From a virus: DNA of 64,000 bases. The notes beneath the pieces are model-generated. The model ran no database searches, had not been told where the DNA came from, and was given only the letters and a program-made list of their open reading frames with translations. Shown in pieces: positions 1 to 11,668 of this stretch. A program made the position numbers and the translations under genes. Numbering within the stretch: position 1 is the stretch's first letter; each line of letters begins with the position of its first letter. The DNA lies in the IMG/VR virus record IMGVR_UViG_3300034122_002094; one strand, 5' to 3'.

Positions 1-576
1 CGTGATGTCCGTGACCGCGAGCGAAAGCTCTGTCAAAAAAAACTTGACTTCGGCGAGTTTACGCAGACAGTGCTGCACGCCCTGGTCCTGGAGAAGATGT
101 TCCAACCAGCCCTTGAGGATCCGTCGCCGGAGATCTACGACCTCCTGAGCGTTCAAGGGCCTCTGGTCGCAAGGATCTACTTCCAGCTCACGCGCGCCGA
201 GGCCGTGGTCGGCTACCTCAATGCCATCAGCCTCGAAGGCGACTACGATCTGCTGCTGCATCCTGATGAGCGAGGTCTCATCCAGAGCGGAGAGCTACGT
301 CTCAAGCCATGCGACGCTGTGACGCAGCTTGATATGCCCACCGAGTTTCTGATCAGTCGTGACGATCTGATCAACATGGTGTTCGACAGAGACGCTTATG
401 AGCGTGTGCTGTTGGTGCTGGAGCAGCAGATGGAGACGAGGGCCGAGCAAAATCTAGTTGAGGCCCTGGCCGAGATCTGCGACGATAATTTTGATGAGTG
501 GTACAGGCCTGACTACCTGCTGCTCGAATACAAGGATGAGAAACTGATCCTGCACTATGCAGAGGAGGCGGTATGA
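1..576 (+). CDS. hypothetical protein, probably 5'-truncated
   Basis: Frame is open from base 1; stop overlaps the next start (ATGA). Confidence 0.7.
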   Translation, partial: RDVRDRERKLCQKKLDFGEFTQTVLHALVLEKMFQPALEDPSPEIYDLLSVQGPLVARIYFQLTRAEAVVGYLNAISLEGDYDLLLHPDERGLIQSGELRLKPCDAVTQLDMPTEFLISRDDLINMVFDRDAYERVLLVLEQQMETRAEQNLVEALAEICDDNFDEWYRPDYLLLEYKDEKLILHYAEEAV

Positions 577-1271
577 GTGGTGTAAAATTTGGCAACGCCC
601 GCAAGGCTTGGTCGTTCTTCCCCGAGAAAGCTTCGCTGAAGCCGGGTGCTGCCCCAGCGCCTGTTCTGGCCAGCCGCAAGATCAAGATGGACAAGAAGAC
701 CTGCGCGACGCTGATCGCCATCATCGACATCGCGGGACAGCGCGTGCTGAAGCGGACCGTCGACACTGGCGAGGCGCCCCTTGACCCCATCACGATGTTC
801 GCCAACGAGATGATGTCGCTCATGCGCGATCATCAGCGACAAGGCAAGCGCTTTGTGATCGCGGCTGAGCACAAGAGCGATCATATCTCGGTCGATTGCA
901 ACATGCCCGATGTCAACGGGATCGAGCGCGTCGCAAGCTCGGTGCTCCTTGATCTGAACGATGCCACAGCGATGATCTCGACAGGGCTGTGCTGTCTCTC
1001 CAGGGTTTATGGCCGACAAGCTGTGGCGAGCTTTGTTGGCGATGACAATGTAGACATGTTCCCGAGCGAGACCGATCTGGTGATGATCGCCAGCGAGACC
1101 GATGATCCCTATGACATCTTCGCTGACTTTGGTAGCGTGCTGCTGTTCGACGATCAGAACCTCGATGAGAACAACAAGCACTGGCTGTTTGAGGCGTACA
1201 CCGACGACAGCCTGGAGCCTGCTCCAGCGGCACCCGCAGCTCCGATCGCATATCGGAAGGACCGTGACTGA
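573..1271 (+). CDS. hypothetical protein
   Basis: 232 aa; GGAGG RBS; coupled to both neighbours. Confidence 0.75.
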   Translation: MSGVKFGNARKAWSFFPEKASLKPGAAPAPVLASRKIKMDKKTCATLIAIIDIAGQRVLKRTVDTGEAPLDPITMFANEMMSLMRDHQRQGKRFVIAAEHKSDHISVDCNMPDVNGIERVASSVLLDLNDATAMISTGLCCLSRVYGRQAVASFVGDDNVDMFPSETDLVMIASETDDPYDIFADFGSVLLFDDQNLDENNKHWLFEAYTDDSLEPAPAAPAAPIAYRKDRD

Positions 1272-1849
1272 TGGTCTATGTAGTAGAAGCCCTTGATGTA
1301 TTTGGCTTCTCTCTGGGCCTGTGGAAGATCGGCTTCACAGGCACCTCCCCAGAGGGCCGCCTCGACACGATCCAGACTGGCAATCCCTGGCCTTGCCGCC
1401 TGATCGCTCTGTTCGACTGCCCCACAAAGCAAGACGAGGACGCGATTCACCGCTTCCTTGAGGGCTATCGCAGCCGAGAAGGAAGCGGCGAGTGGTTCGC
1501 CCTCAAGGTTCATGACTGGATCCATCTCGTGATCAGCAAGGTTGTCTTGCAGCGAGAGGTCAAGATGCGCCCGCTCGCCGAGATCTCGGGGCAGGCTGCC
1601 CAGGCGATCCAGGACAACATGCTCAAGGTGTACATCCAGCAGTTCTGGAGGACCGATCGGTCCAGCGCGTTCAACATCAACCTCGGCACGAAGTTCCAGG
1701 AGGTGTGGCGCCACTACTACCACTTCTGCGAGCAGTACGGCAACAAGCAGATGCAGGCCGACCAGTTCTTCAAGCAGCTCAGCAAAGCCAACATCGGCTT
1801 CAAGCTGGACTCCACAAACGACTACGTCTATAACATGCAGAAAAAATAA
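1271..1849 (+). CDS. T5orf172/MUG113-family GIY-YIG protein with C-terminal winged-helix-like region
   Basis: VYVV...KIGFT...EGRLDTIQTGNP...EDAIHRFL...GEWF motif. Confidence 0.8.
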   Translation: MVYVVEALDVFGFSLGLWKIGFTGTSPEGRLDTIQTGNPWPCRLIALFDCPTKQDEDAIHRFLEGYRSREGSGEWFALKVHDWIHLVISKVVLQREVKMRPLAEISGQAAQAIQDNMLKVYIQQFWRTDRSSAFNINLGTKFQEVWRHYYHFCEQYGNKQMQADQFFKQLSKANIGFKLDSTNDYVYNMQKK

Positions 1850-1850
1850 T

Positions 1851-2459
1851 ATGAATATCAAACAGTTTGCAAAAAAGATTGAGGACAGGCTAGCAGAATC
1901 CTTTGCCAAGGCCACAGAGATCAGCCACAGTCGCGCCTACCGCCGTGACTTTGTTTTGACTCAAGAGGAGACCCGAGCCTACATCGAAGAGTCCAAGTCG
2001 AACGACATGGATCCGGATGCAACGACAACAGCCAGGCTGGTCATCCAGCTCTTCGTGGAGAACCTGCCTTACAGGCAGCCGAAGATCGAGGACGTCAAGT
2101 TGGAGTGGCGAGTTGGCGTCATGTCTGATGGCCAGAAAGGCGCCTTTACGCACCTCTCACCATTGAAGGGCTTCATCCACTTCAAGCAAGACGGTGAGGT
2201 GGGCTTCTCGGTGACCACCGATAGCCTCGTTGACCAGCGGCCCAAGCGCGAGGTACTCTGGACGGGTCTCGATATTTTTAAGGCCCCAGCCTCAAAAATC
2301 GTTGACACGCTCCTCGAAAATATGCCATACATGACTTCTCGGCACAGAGAGATGTCGCTGCAAGCCGAGTACCTGCACCACCAGCAGCAGGTCGAACGCA
2401 TCATGTGGTTCGGCGCACCAGCGATCCAGATCGCGAGCGCGATCAACGCAAAGAGATAA
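1851..2459 (+). CDS. hypothetical protein
   Basis: Start MNIKQF 1 nt after the upstream stop. Confidence 0.7.
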   Translation: MNIKQFAKKIEDRLAESFAKATEISHSRAYRRDFVLTQEETRAYIEESKSNDMDPDATTTARLVIQLFVENLPYRQPKIEDVKLEWRVGVMSDGQKGAFTHLSPLKGFIHFKQDGEVGFSVTTDSLVDQRPKREVLWTGLDIFKAPASKIVDTLLENMPYMTSRHREMSLQAEYLHHQQQVERIMWFGAPAIQIASAINAKR

Positions 2460-2468
2460 GGAGTCACC

Positions 2469-3278
2469 TTGACCGCAAAGTTCATCTTCCCTGATAAGCT
2501 ACTCGCTCAGTTCGAGGGCGTGTACAAGCGCACCAGGCATAGCACAACCCATATGGGCCTGCCCAGGCCGCCGTGTAGAGTCATCCTCGGCGAGGATAAG
2601 ATGGTCAGGACGTTCGTCTTCGTGGAGCTTCAGGCTGTCAAAAGCACTGGTGTGTTCCGCAAGTACAGAACGACAGGCCGTTCCATCAGCGTCGACTACG
2701 AAGTGCTGGAGACCCAGTATCCGGCAGACATCGAGATCAAGTTCCGAGCAAAGGATCTTGAGGAGCTGCTCACTGAGAGCCGAGAGAATGGCAACCTGTT
2801 CTCGGATCGCTGGGCAGTCGATCAAAAGATCGATGTCCAGAGCAGCGGGCGATCTGTCGAGGGCCGGTTTGACGTCGCCGATGAGCACAGCAAGACTGGC
2901 CTCCGGGAGAGGGCAGTGCTCTTTGAGGTGTTCGAGGAGAGCTTGCCAGCGAGTCGACTCGCTCGACTGGCCGATCCAGCTCATCTTGCGGAGTGGCGCA
3001 ACCTGATGATTGCGGCCAAGGCCGAACATGCTCGCAAGCTGATCACCTGGCTCGCTGAGCTCGGTGCGGTCCTCGCGACTGACGAAGAGATCGCTGAGTC
3101 GCTCGACCTCAAGGGGACTCAGAAGATGTTCAAGGATCTCAAGGAGTCACTGACCGATCCCAGAACAAGCGAGCAGCCACATACCAAGAGGTATAACGAG
3201 AGCCATTCTGCAAAGTCGTTGATGCAGAAGATCGAGAGATCGCTCGCGCAGCTCGACGGTTCGGCGTTCCCCATCTGA
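2469..3278 (+). CDS. hypothetical protein
   Basis: GGAG RBS, TTG start, 269 aa. Confidence 0.7.
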   Translation: MTAKFIFPDKLLAQFEGVYKRTRHSTTHMGLPRPPCRVILGEDKMVRTFVFVELQAVKSTGVFRKYRTTGRSISVDYEVLETQYPADIEIKFRAKDLEELLTESRENGNLFSDRWAVDQKIDVQSSGRSVEGRFDVADEHSKTGLRERAVLFEVFEESLPASRLARLADPAHLAEWRNLMIAAKAEHARKLITWLAELGAVLATDEEIAESLDLKGTQKMFKDLKESLTDPRTSEQPHTKRYNESHSAKSLMQKIERSLAQLDGSAFPI

Positions 3279-3351
3279 GTCTCTCGAAATAAGAGAGACA
3301 CAGATTTTGTTAAAGCGACTCAGGCAATAAAGCCAAGCAAAGGAAGAGAAG

Positions 3352-3735
3352 ATGCAAGCAGAGAAGACGACAGAGCGCAAGGCATACAAGCAGAAGGATA
3401 AGGGCATCTACGAGCGCGTCGGCAAGACGCTCCAGCGCCAGCGTGAGCGACTGGGGCTGAAGGCGGCGCAGGTCGCCAACGATCGCATCTCGGCCACCAT
3501 CGTCGCCAAGATGGAGAAGGGCGAGGCCCTCACACTCGACAACCTGTCGACGATCGCTCGACAGCTCAAGACGAACCTCGCCTCGATCTTCGCTGAGGCC
3601 GATCAGATCCGCGAGCCCGAGCCCATCGCCGAGGAGGCCGAGGTCCCGACCGACGCTGAGCCGGATGCGTGCGCCGAGTGCGAGGGAGATGGCTGCCCTG
3701 CCTGCGATGACGACGGCGATCAGTTCGGTCGTTGA
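3352..3735 (+). CDS. XRE-family HTH protein with acidic C-tail and paired Cys motifs
   Basis: VGKTLQRQRERLGLKAAQVA..ISATIVAKMEKGE..TLDNLSTIARQL. Confidence 0.75.
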   Translation: MQAEKTTERKAYKQKDKGIYERVGKTLQRQRERLGLKAAQVANDRISATIVAKMEKGEALTLDNLSTIARQLKTNLASIFAEADQIREPEPIAEEAEVPTDAEPDACAECEGDGCPACDDDGDQFGR

Positions 3736-3828
3736 TAAAATCGGTTGACAGCCGACGAGAGAACGGGTACACAAAAATCATCGCTTGACGGCGATGATTG
3801 CAACCCGAGTCTTGAATGAGAGGTCCTG

Positions 3829-4449
3829 ATGGCCGCCCAGACAAAGAGAGGGAGGCTGACAGGGCCTCTTCCTATTTTAGCAGATTGCGTAGGGCATGAT
3901 TCGAGCTGGCACTATGACTGGGGCGGCGAGATGGAGATGATCTGTCCCGACTCCAACATGCGGTTGATGCTCGGATGGTTCATCAAGGGGCGCAGGCAAC
4001 CAGTCGCGCTGGCGATCCTGACGGTTTGCCCGAGCATCACCCAGGTCCCGCTTGGCAGTGGCAGCCGTGAGCGCACCAAGGCGATCTTCCTCGATCTGTT
4101 CGAGTGTCACCCAAAGTACAGGGGCACTGGTGTGGCAGAGGCTTGCTTCAAGTCGCTGCTTGATGTCTACCCTGACCAGAACTTCATGCTCTACTCGGTG
4201 GACAGGGCCTTCCGCTTCTGGAAGCGTATGGGCTTCAGGCTTGTGTCAGAGGTGTCCAACGACGACTACGATCTGGTGATGCTGCTCAAGCGCTCCGAGC
4301 GCCCCCTGGATGTCAACGTCCAGCTCCCTGCATGGGATGGCGCATCACTCGCCATCGATCTCTACAACGAACAATCACAAAATTCTGTTGACAGTCTCAA
4401 TAAAAAGAGTACAACGTCACAAGGACAGCAAGTCCAACAAGGAGTATAG
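3829..4449 (+). CDS. GNAT-family N-acetyltransferase
   Basis: Acetyl-CoA loop CHPKYRGTGVA and AFRFWKRMGF motif. Confidence 0.75.
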   Translation: MAAQTKRGRLTGPLPILADCVGHDSSWHYDWGGEMEMICPDSNMRLMLGWFIKGRRQPVALAILTVCPSITQVPLGSGSRERTKAIFLDLFECHPKYRGTGVAEACFKSLLDVYPDQNFMLYSVDRAFRFWKRMGFRLVSEVSNDDYDLVMLLKRSERPLDVNVQLPAWDGASLAIDLYNEQSQNSVDSLNKKSTTSQGQQVQQGV

Positions 4450-4450
4450 C

Positions 4451-7400
4451 ATGTGGTCAGAGACAGAGCGAGAGTACATCCTGACTGAGCGGTGGGTGCC
4501 AAAGAAGATGCAAGGCAAGAACCCGCCCCTGACCAAAAGGGTCGTCGCCCGAGTGGTGAATGGCCAGCGCGACATTCCAGCAGACAGCACCTGGAGTATC
4601 AATGCGTTTGCGACAGAGCTCAAGCACTCGGCTCAGCTTCTGCTGCCAGACGTCACGGCCAACATCGTTGAGCTGATGGTCGTCGACAATTCCTTTGCGA
4701 AAGAGCCAGGCTGGCCGATTCTCTTGAGAGACGATGAGAGAGGCTTGAAGACCAAGCTGTCCATCAGCCTGGACGAGGCCGAGAAGCTCCAGAAGGTCTT
4801 CGTCATCAGGATCACGAAAGATCGCTGCGCAAGCGACTATGGAGACTATGACAGCGATGATCTGGAGTACAGCTCTGGCAACATCGGTGAGCACGTTCAT
4901 GGAGCCAGGATCAGCGCTGAGGTCTGCGACTCTCTTCCCAAGACGATGGAAGAGGCCAAAGCCATCGCAGCCAGAGAGTTGCTCAGGCTGTGTAACGAGT
5001 GGGATGAAGCTGCAAAAGAGCAGTATGAGGCTCAACTGCAAAAGCACAATGCAATCCGGCGAGCAGTGCTTGCCCAAGACACGAGAGGCCAGGGATGAGT
5101 TATAATAAACCCCGCTGGATCAGCCGCGAAGGGTCGCACAGCCGAAATGGCAAGACGTTCTTCGGCAGCCAATACGACCTACCGGCGCCCGATCTGGATG
5201 GGGCCTGGAGGATCAGCGGATTCTTCGTAGATGCCGAGTTCAGCGGCGAATACCCTGACGAGAAGGCGGTCCCTTCACTGGTGAATACGCTGAGCGATAA
5301 GGCGGCAGCGACAGCTCGTCGAGTGTATATTGCGAGCATGAACAAGTTCACGAGGCCCAGGTGCCATCCGGCAAGGCCCCAGAGCCTGTACGAGAAGTTC
5401 GTGCAGCCTGGCGGCGAGTGGGGCGAGAAGCCTTACCTGTTCGACACACTCGAAGAGGCCAAGAAGGCTGTCCTGACCTGCTGGACCATCGAGAGCCTGG
5501 CCGCCATGACAGAAGCCAAGGCCCTGTTTGATGAGGCCGCCGAGGACAGACAACACCTGATCGAAGAACTCCTGAGCGAGAGAGCAGCATGAGCCTGACA
5601 AAAGAAGCCGATAGCCTCACCATCGTCGTCGAGTGCGACTTCTGCATGAACAAGCATGAGATCGAGCTTGATCGGTATGCAAATTCACCAGTCGTCTACT
5701 GGGCAGAACGCGAGGCCAGTAGGCTCGGATGGGCGTTCACAGATAATACGCAAAATAAAAGACTTGACGTGTGCCCAGCCTGTGCCTCGAAGCCATTCGT
5801 GTTTAACAAACTTTACAATTTTGAGCTACCCTTCAGCCTCCAAGAGCTGAAAGCTGCGTGCAAAGAAGACCTCGCACTGCGATGCGACAACAACCCAAGG
5901 ACCAAAGAGACAGCGATGAGAGAAGAGCTCAAGAACCGAGTCGACATGCTCGAAAAGCAGATCCAGCAGATGGCCGAGGCGACCAAGAGCACGCAAGAGA
6001 TCGTTCAGCGTGCTGAGCAGCGGATGGAAGAGGCCGTGAGCATCATGCAGGCCTTCGTGACCAGACTGAACCATCGGCCCTTCCAGCCGCCCACTCGTCC
6101 AGCAAACCCGCTGCCCATCACGCTCGGGGCGCCTGACAAGATGCTGTGGAACGGCGGCCCCGATCCGAAGCCCTGTGCGTTTGGTCCCTGGATCGAGGGT
6201 GGCGTCAGCAACCTCACTCACATGGGCTTCGAGGCCGTCAGCCTGCCGGATACCACCGAGCTCGGCAACATCAAGGCCCAGAGCTTCGAGGTGGACGAGG
6301 AGAACTTCGAGAGAGGCGGCGCAAGCCTCCGCGCGCTCTGGGAGGACATGGCTGCTCACCCGGAGAACTACCCCGACATGGAGGCCTGCTCGCCGATCAC
6401 CGAAGAGGAGATGCGGCCAGACGACAGCGAAGCAGATGAGGAGCCGCAGGAGTCGGAGCCTGGCTACACAGGAACACACGTCGCACAGTACATGCGCGAT
6501 CCGAACGATCGCAATCCATGCGAGGACGTCGTACTGCCTACGCCGCCCTCTCAGATCCCGCTGGACAGCATCCTGCCAGGCCTGTACATCAACAAGGACA
6601 AGCGGCGCTGCCAGGATCTTGTGACGGTCGAGCGCCAGGATCGAGATTACATCATCCGAGAGACGACCGGTGAGGTGCGCAGCCGAGTCGATCAGAGCCA
6701 GTTCCAGAAGCGATACAGGAAGGTCGATTGAGCAAGCCCAGAGAGAACATCATCGGGAGCGTGTGGGTTGTGTACACAGGTGAGAAGCCGAAGTACACCA
6801 CCGACGCCAAGTGCTGGGATCACTGCTCCGGCAGTATCCTCGCACAGCTCTGCAACGAAGAGGGCGAGGTCGTCGAGGCGCAGTTCTTCTCCAGCGAGAA
6901 GAGAGCCAGAGAGGCCGCCAGAGACAAGCTCGATGCCCACGTCGACAAGATCAGCATCATGATCGGTTACGAAGCCTGGTGGCATCACGAGGCTGCAAAG
7001 CAGCAGAGACGTCTGGACATCATGGGCCATGCGTTCATGGCGCTCGCCATCATCCCTCTGTTGACAATCATCGGTCTCATGTTGTATGAACACACCATCC
7101 TCGTCGCCCAGGCGCTCATCGCCTCGGGCACAGGCTTCTACCTGATCAAGAAGGCATACTGATGACAGATAGCAATATGCTCAAAGACCTCGCTGAATCC
7201 TTCAAGCCACCAACCGCCAAATGGCCAAACCATCAGGTTGTCCTGGATCTCTGGACCCGCCGAGACGAGATCGACAAGCTCGTCCAGCTCCTGGATGTCG
7301 CAGCCGAGTGGGAGTACGTCGACGATGGCGCCAACATCCCCTACTACAAGCTGCAATCAGAGAAGAGCCCAGTGTTTGCCATGCTTGTCGCGGGCAGCCG

Positions 7401-9521
7401 GACCTCCATGCTCTGGCGCCTCTCGGTAGATCCCAATACGCAGCAGTTGACGCAGGTGAGTGACAACCTGGTCTTCGGCAAGCCCGACAAGATCATGGGC
7501 GATGCCAAGGCGACCGTCAGGGCAAGCCTTGTGGCCTCGCGAGCAGCGTTTGACTCCATCGCCAACTGGCTGATCCTTGCAACCAGAGAGAAGGAGTTGG
7601 CAGGAGAGAAGCCGAGCTCTCAGGTCGAGGCGCCGACAGAGAAGCAAGAGGGGGCCAGTCAGATCACCGCCAACTATCTGATGGAGCTACACATGGAGCT
7701 GTCGAGGGCAGGCTGGCAGCACGCTGGCAATGGCTCACCCAACGACTGGGAGCTGCACGATGACACTGGCACAGTCTGGGCGAAGCTCCATCACCTCGAT
7801 CGCAACAACCATGAATGGAGAATCCGCACGATCTCGGCAGAGACGGGAGAGAAGACCTGGCTCGAACCAAGAAGAACCCCTGGTGTTTCACCAGGTGCCT
7901 TTGAGGAGGCCAGGAAGGCAGTGTTAATCGAGCTCCAGCATGAGTGCCTCAAGGTCAGAGGCCTCAAGTGATGAGTGACGAAGAAACTGCTCGACTCAGC
8001 AGAGCAGCAGCCTACTTCACTGAAGAGCAGGCGAAGCTCAGCGATGAGAGAACCCGATGGGAGAGAGTGGAGGCTGTCGGGATCGACGAATACTACGTCC
8101 TCAAGACAGACAAGAACGTCCCGCTCGCGGTCATCATCTGCGACGATGACGAGAGCGCAAAGATCCGAGACCCCGAGGCGCCATCGACCTACCTGATGCG
8201 GTACATGCGCTGGCGCCACGACAGGCTCATCTGGAGCAGATGGTGCAAGTACGGCCATCTGGAGACAGCAAAAGAGTTTGGCCTCTCGGGCGTTCGAGGA
8301 ACGCTCACTTTTGCAAGTATCGATCTCACCCTCAAGCTCGCCACCATGGTGTGTAGCCGCCAGTCACAAACAGATCAGAAGGAGTCCTCAGATGGCTAAG
8401 CTCACCCCGCTCGCAGCCAGATGGTTCGGCTGTCCGACCGCAGACACCATCTGGACAGTCGATGTTCGATCGCCCCATGTCGACCCACCAGTCCTGCGCC
8501 ACATCACGAGCTGCCGAAATGAGACCATCTTCGTCAACCACGGCACGGCCCACGACAGGAAGGCCCGCTTCGCCCTCAAGGAGGTTGAGGGCGAGGTCAT
8601 CGCAGAGCCCGAGATGACGCACCTGCACCATCGAGCAGGGCAGGGCTACATCCACTTCCAGGTCTATCCCTTCAGGACGGAGGATGAGGCCGTTTGCGCG
8701 GTCATCAGGTTCGAGCAAGAGATCGCTGCCAAGAAAGAGCAGGACCGCCTCTGGAAGCTCCTCAATCAGTCTTGTCACGCCCTCATGGACCAGAGCTCAT
8801 ACCTCGCGCTCCAGCTCGCTTCCAGGATGCCTCTTGAGGAGGCTATCGCAGAAGTCGGGAAGATCAACATGCAGCTCCAGACCCTCCTGGACAGACCAAA
8901 GGTGAACAAGACATGACAGACGCCCTCCACGACCTCCAAACAGCCCCTCAGAGCCCATCCGATGTTCTTCACTGGGAAGAACTCACACCAGGCAACTGGC
9001 GCCTCTCTATGGGCTCGCTGGGAGCCCTCATCGTCCTCTCGGATGGCCAGTGGCTCCACACCCGCTCGGGCGAGGTCACCAATCATGGAAAGGCTGAAGG
9101 CATCGCCGAGGCGAAGCAGGAGGCTGTGCTCCATATGAAGCTCGTGCTACTCACAATGATCGACATGCTCGAAAGGGTAAAGGACTGAACGATGACAGAA
9201 GAGACGACAGAGATCATGACAGAAGAAGATCTGCACCTGACGGTACAGGAGGACGGCGTCATTCGTTGCGGCGTGTTCGCAAAGCATGGCATCGTGATCT
9301 TCGGTGAGCCTGGAGGCGAATGGAGGGTCGAGCTTCATGGTAAGACGCAGCTCAAGGGCAAGGCCAAGAGCGAGGAGAACTCGTGCATCTGCGGAATCAT
9401 CGCGTGCTGCGACTGGATCAAGGCGCTGGATCAGAGCATCAAGATGAAGCAAGAAGCGCTCGCCAATGAGCACTGTGTGCCAAAGCGGTTTGTCAAGCCA
9501 GGAGAAGAGAATGGAGTTTAG
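4451..9521 (+). other. run of coupled hypothetical genes (4451-5098, 5095-5592, 5589-6731, 6728-7162, 7162-7971, 7971-8399, 8392-8916, 8913-9188, 9192-9521)
   Basis: Consecutive + strand ORFs with overlapping or abutting stop/start codons; no recognisable motifs. Confidence 0.7.
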
Positions 9522-9900
9522 TGCAATCATGATCCTGGCGCACCTGCTGGGTGACTTCGTCTTCCAGACAGACTTCATGGCGCAGAACAAGACCAGGTCC
9601 AACTGGGTGGCTGCGCTCCATGCCGGAGTCTACACGAGCATCATCTGGCTGATGCTCATGCCGCAGTTCTGGTACTCGCAGGAGACGGCGCCGGTGTTCG
9701 GGCTGAAGCTGCTCGTCGTGTTCATCACCCACTACCTGATGGACCGCTACTCGCTCGCGAAGAGGTGGATGCAGAGAGAGGTGGTGGACCAGAAGGGGTT
9801 TGCTGAGCACCTGAAGCCCTGGTCGACCATTATCGTCGACAACACAGGCCACCTGCTCGTGCTGGCCGTGCTGTGGCATCCAGCCTACCTGCTGAACTGA
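9511..9900 (+). CDS. DUF3307-family membrane protein
   Basis: AHLLGDFVFQTDFMAQNK...H...THYLMD...DNTGH with hydrophobic helices. Confidence 0.8.
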   Translation: MEFSAIMILAHLLGDFVFQTDFMAQNKTRSNWVAALHAGVYTSIIWLMLMPQFWYSQETAPVFGLKLLVVFITHYLMDRYSLAKRWMQREVVDQKGFAEHLKPWSTIIVDNTGHLLVLAVLWHPAYLLN

Positions 9901-10433
9901 TGCCTACCGACGACAACCATAGAGAGCTGTCCTTCGACGACATCAGGCCGAGCTTCGATCGGCTCTACGTCAGCCCACGCTCGGGCAATACGACGCACAC
10001 GCCGGAGTGGTGGGCGAGCTATTTTGCCGATGCGATGGAGGCTGCCCTGTCGCAGCCTCTTGTGCATCCAAGAGACCGACAGCCATTCGACTGGAACGCC
10101 TTCTTCCTCAATCACCCTCCAGGCTGAGCCAATGCCCACCGATAATGGATACCGAGAGCCTCGGCGAGAGAGTTCGCGCCAACGCCTGATGGCCTCCGTC
10201 AGGTGGGTGAGCGAATTGGAGGAGCAGGCTCGGATGCAGAGGTGGGGCGCCATGTGTCTCGCTGCCATGCAGGAGGAGCCGCTGGTCATCAACACCCGAG
10301 GCCAGGTGCAGGAAACGTCTGACTGGCACAGTCACTTCCGATCGAGACACCGTAGCACCTGAAGCAGCTTTTAGACCTGGCCCAAACTACTGGGCCAAAA
10401 CAGCTTTTTAGGCCCTCCGCAAATTTCTGGGTC

Positions 10434-10511
10434 AGACATAAGGGTATTTCAAACGCAAACAGATTCTGCCACAACAGGACCTGAGCTTGCGTTTGAAATA
10501 CCCTTGTGTCT
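10434..10511. repeat. 25-bp-arm inverted repeat
   Basis: AGACATAAGGGTATTTCAAACGCAA / TTGCGTTTGAAATACCCTTGTGTCT, with one G-T pair. Confidence 0.85.
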
Positions 10512-10919
10512 TTGGTTTTGGGCTGCCGCAAAGTCAGTGGTCCACACAACTGGATGGCCTTTAAAACCGTCAAGATTTTGTCTGCTCCAAGCCGTCGCCC
10601 TGCGATTTTTTGAACAACTCGTGCGAAACCTAAATTTGGTGTGGTGTCAGCATCTTGACAGTTTCAAAGACCATGCCAGCTATGTGACCCACTGTCATTT
10701 CATGCTTGGATCGATCTGGCTTGACATATGGATCTGGGCGGCTCGCCGCACTGGTCATACCACTAGACCAGTGACATGATCCATGCCAACAATGCCATGT
10801 CAAGCACAAAATAATAATAATGTTATATCAAATACAAAATATACTTATATCGAATTGCATTGATCGTTGTATCGAATTGCTTTCGATATAATAAAAAACA
10901 CAAAAAATAAAAATAATGC

Positions 10920-10948
10920 TTGATCTATGGCGAGGCGTCCTGTATAGT
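10920..10948 (+). promoter_or_regulatory. sigma70-type promoter
   Basis: TTGATC-17 bp-TATAGT with an A-rich upstream tract. Confidence 0.7.
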
Positions 10949-11027
10949 CTTTCTTAGGTGGACGGGGCGAATGAGCGCAACGTCTACCGATAACCGACCT
11001 GATAGGGTCAAGCCAGTGGAGTCCACC

Positions 11028-11465
11028 ATGATCTCTCTCACCGCTGCTATCGTGTTCATCGTCGTGATCCTGCCTGTGTTCGCTTGCGCAATGGGGATCG
11101 CTATGGCGCCGTCGTTCGACGCTGGCAAGGCGACGTGGTATGCGTCTATCGCAGACGCTCCCGATCACAAGCTTTTCCTTGCTCACGTTGAGAGATGGAA
11201 AAAATCGCAGATCACGACAATCGATATCCCCTCCTGTGTTGTCAAGGGGGAGTCGTCAACCCTCCCCCGCGCCATAGGCGACACGGTAACGTATTATGAC
11301 AATATGTTTGACGCTCGCGACCAAAAGCCAGCCACAACCTTGACGGGCATCCCCGCAATCATCGCCCCGTCCTATCAGGGCGAGGGTGTCAAGGTGATGG
11401 CGCCTCGCATCATAGGGGATGCGAGGGACGTTAAGGGGCGTTTCATGCCCCGCTATAAGAGCTAA
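11028..11465 (+). CDS. hypothetical membrane-anchored protein
   Basis: GGAG RBS; N-terminal hydrophobic helix; followed by hairpin 11472-11497. Confidence 0.7.
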   Translation: MISLTAAIVFIVVILPVFACAMGIAMAPSFDAGKATWYASIADAPDHKLFLAHVERWKKSQITTIDIPSCVVKGESSTLPRAIGDTVTYYDNMFDARDQKPATTLTGIPAIIAPSYQGEGVKVMAPRIIGDARDVKGRFMPRYKS

Positions 11466-11668
11466 CAGTGTGGGGGAGGGTTGAAAGACCCTCCCCCTTG
11501 TCAAGACAAAAATAAAAAAGTTTTTTCTTTGACAAAATACGGGGCATGTGATCGGGAAGGTTTGAAAAAATCTTTCCTTGTCGTGTTATTTTTTCTTGAT
11601 CTTGTGGGCGCGATAGTCTATTGTGTTTTGTAGGTGATGAATGGTTCATCATCAAGCGCGAGTTTCCG

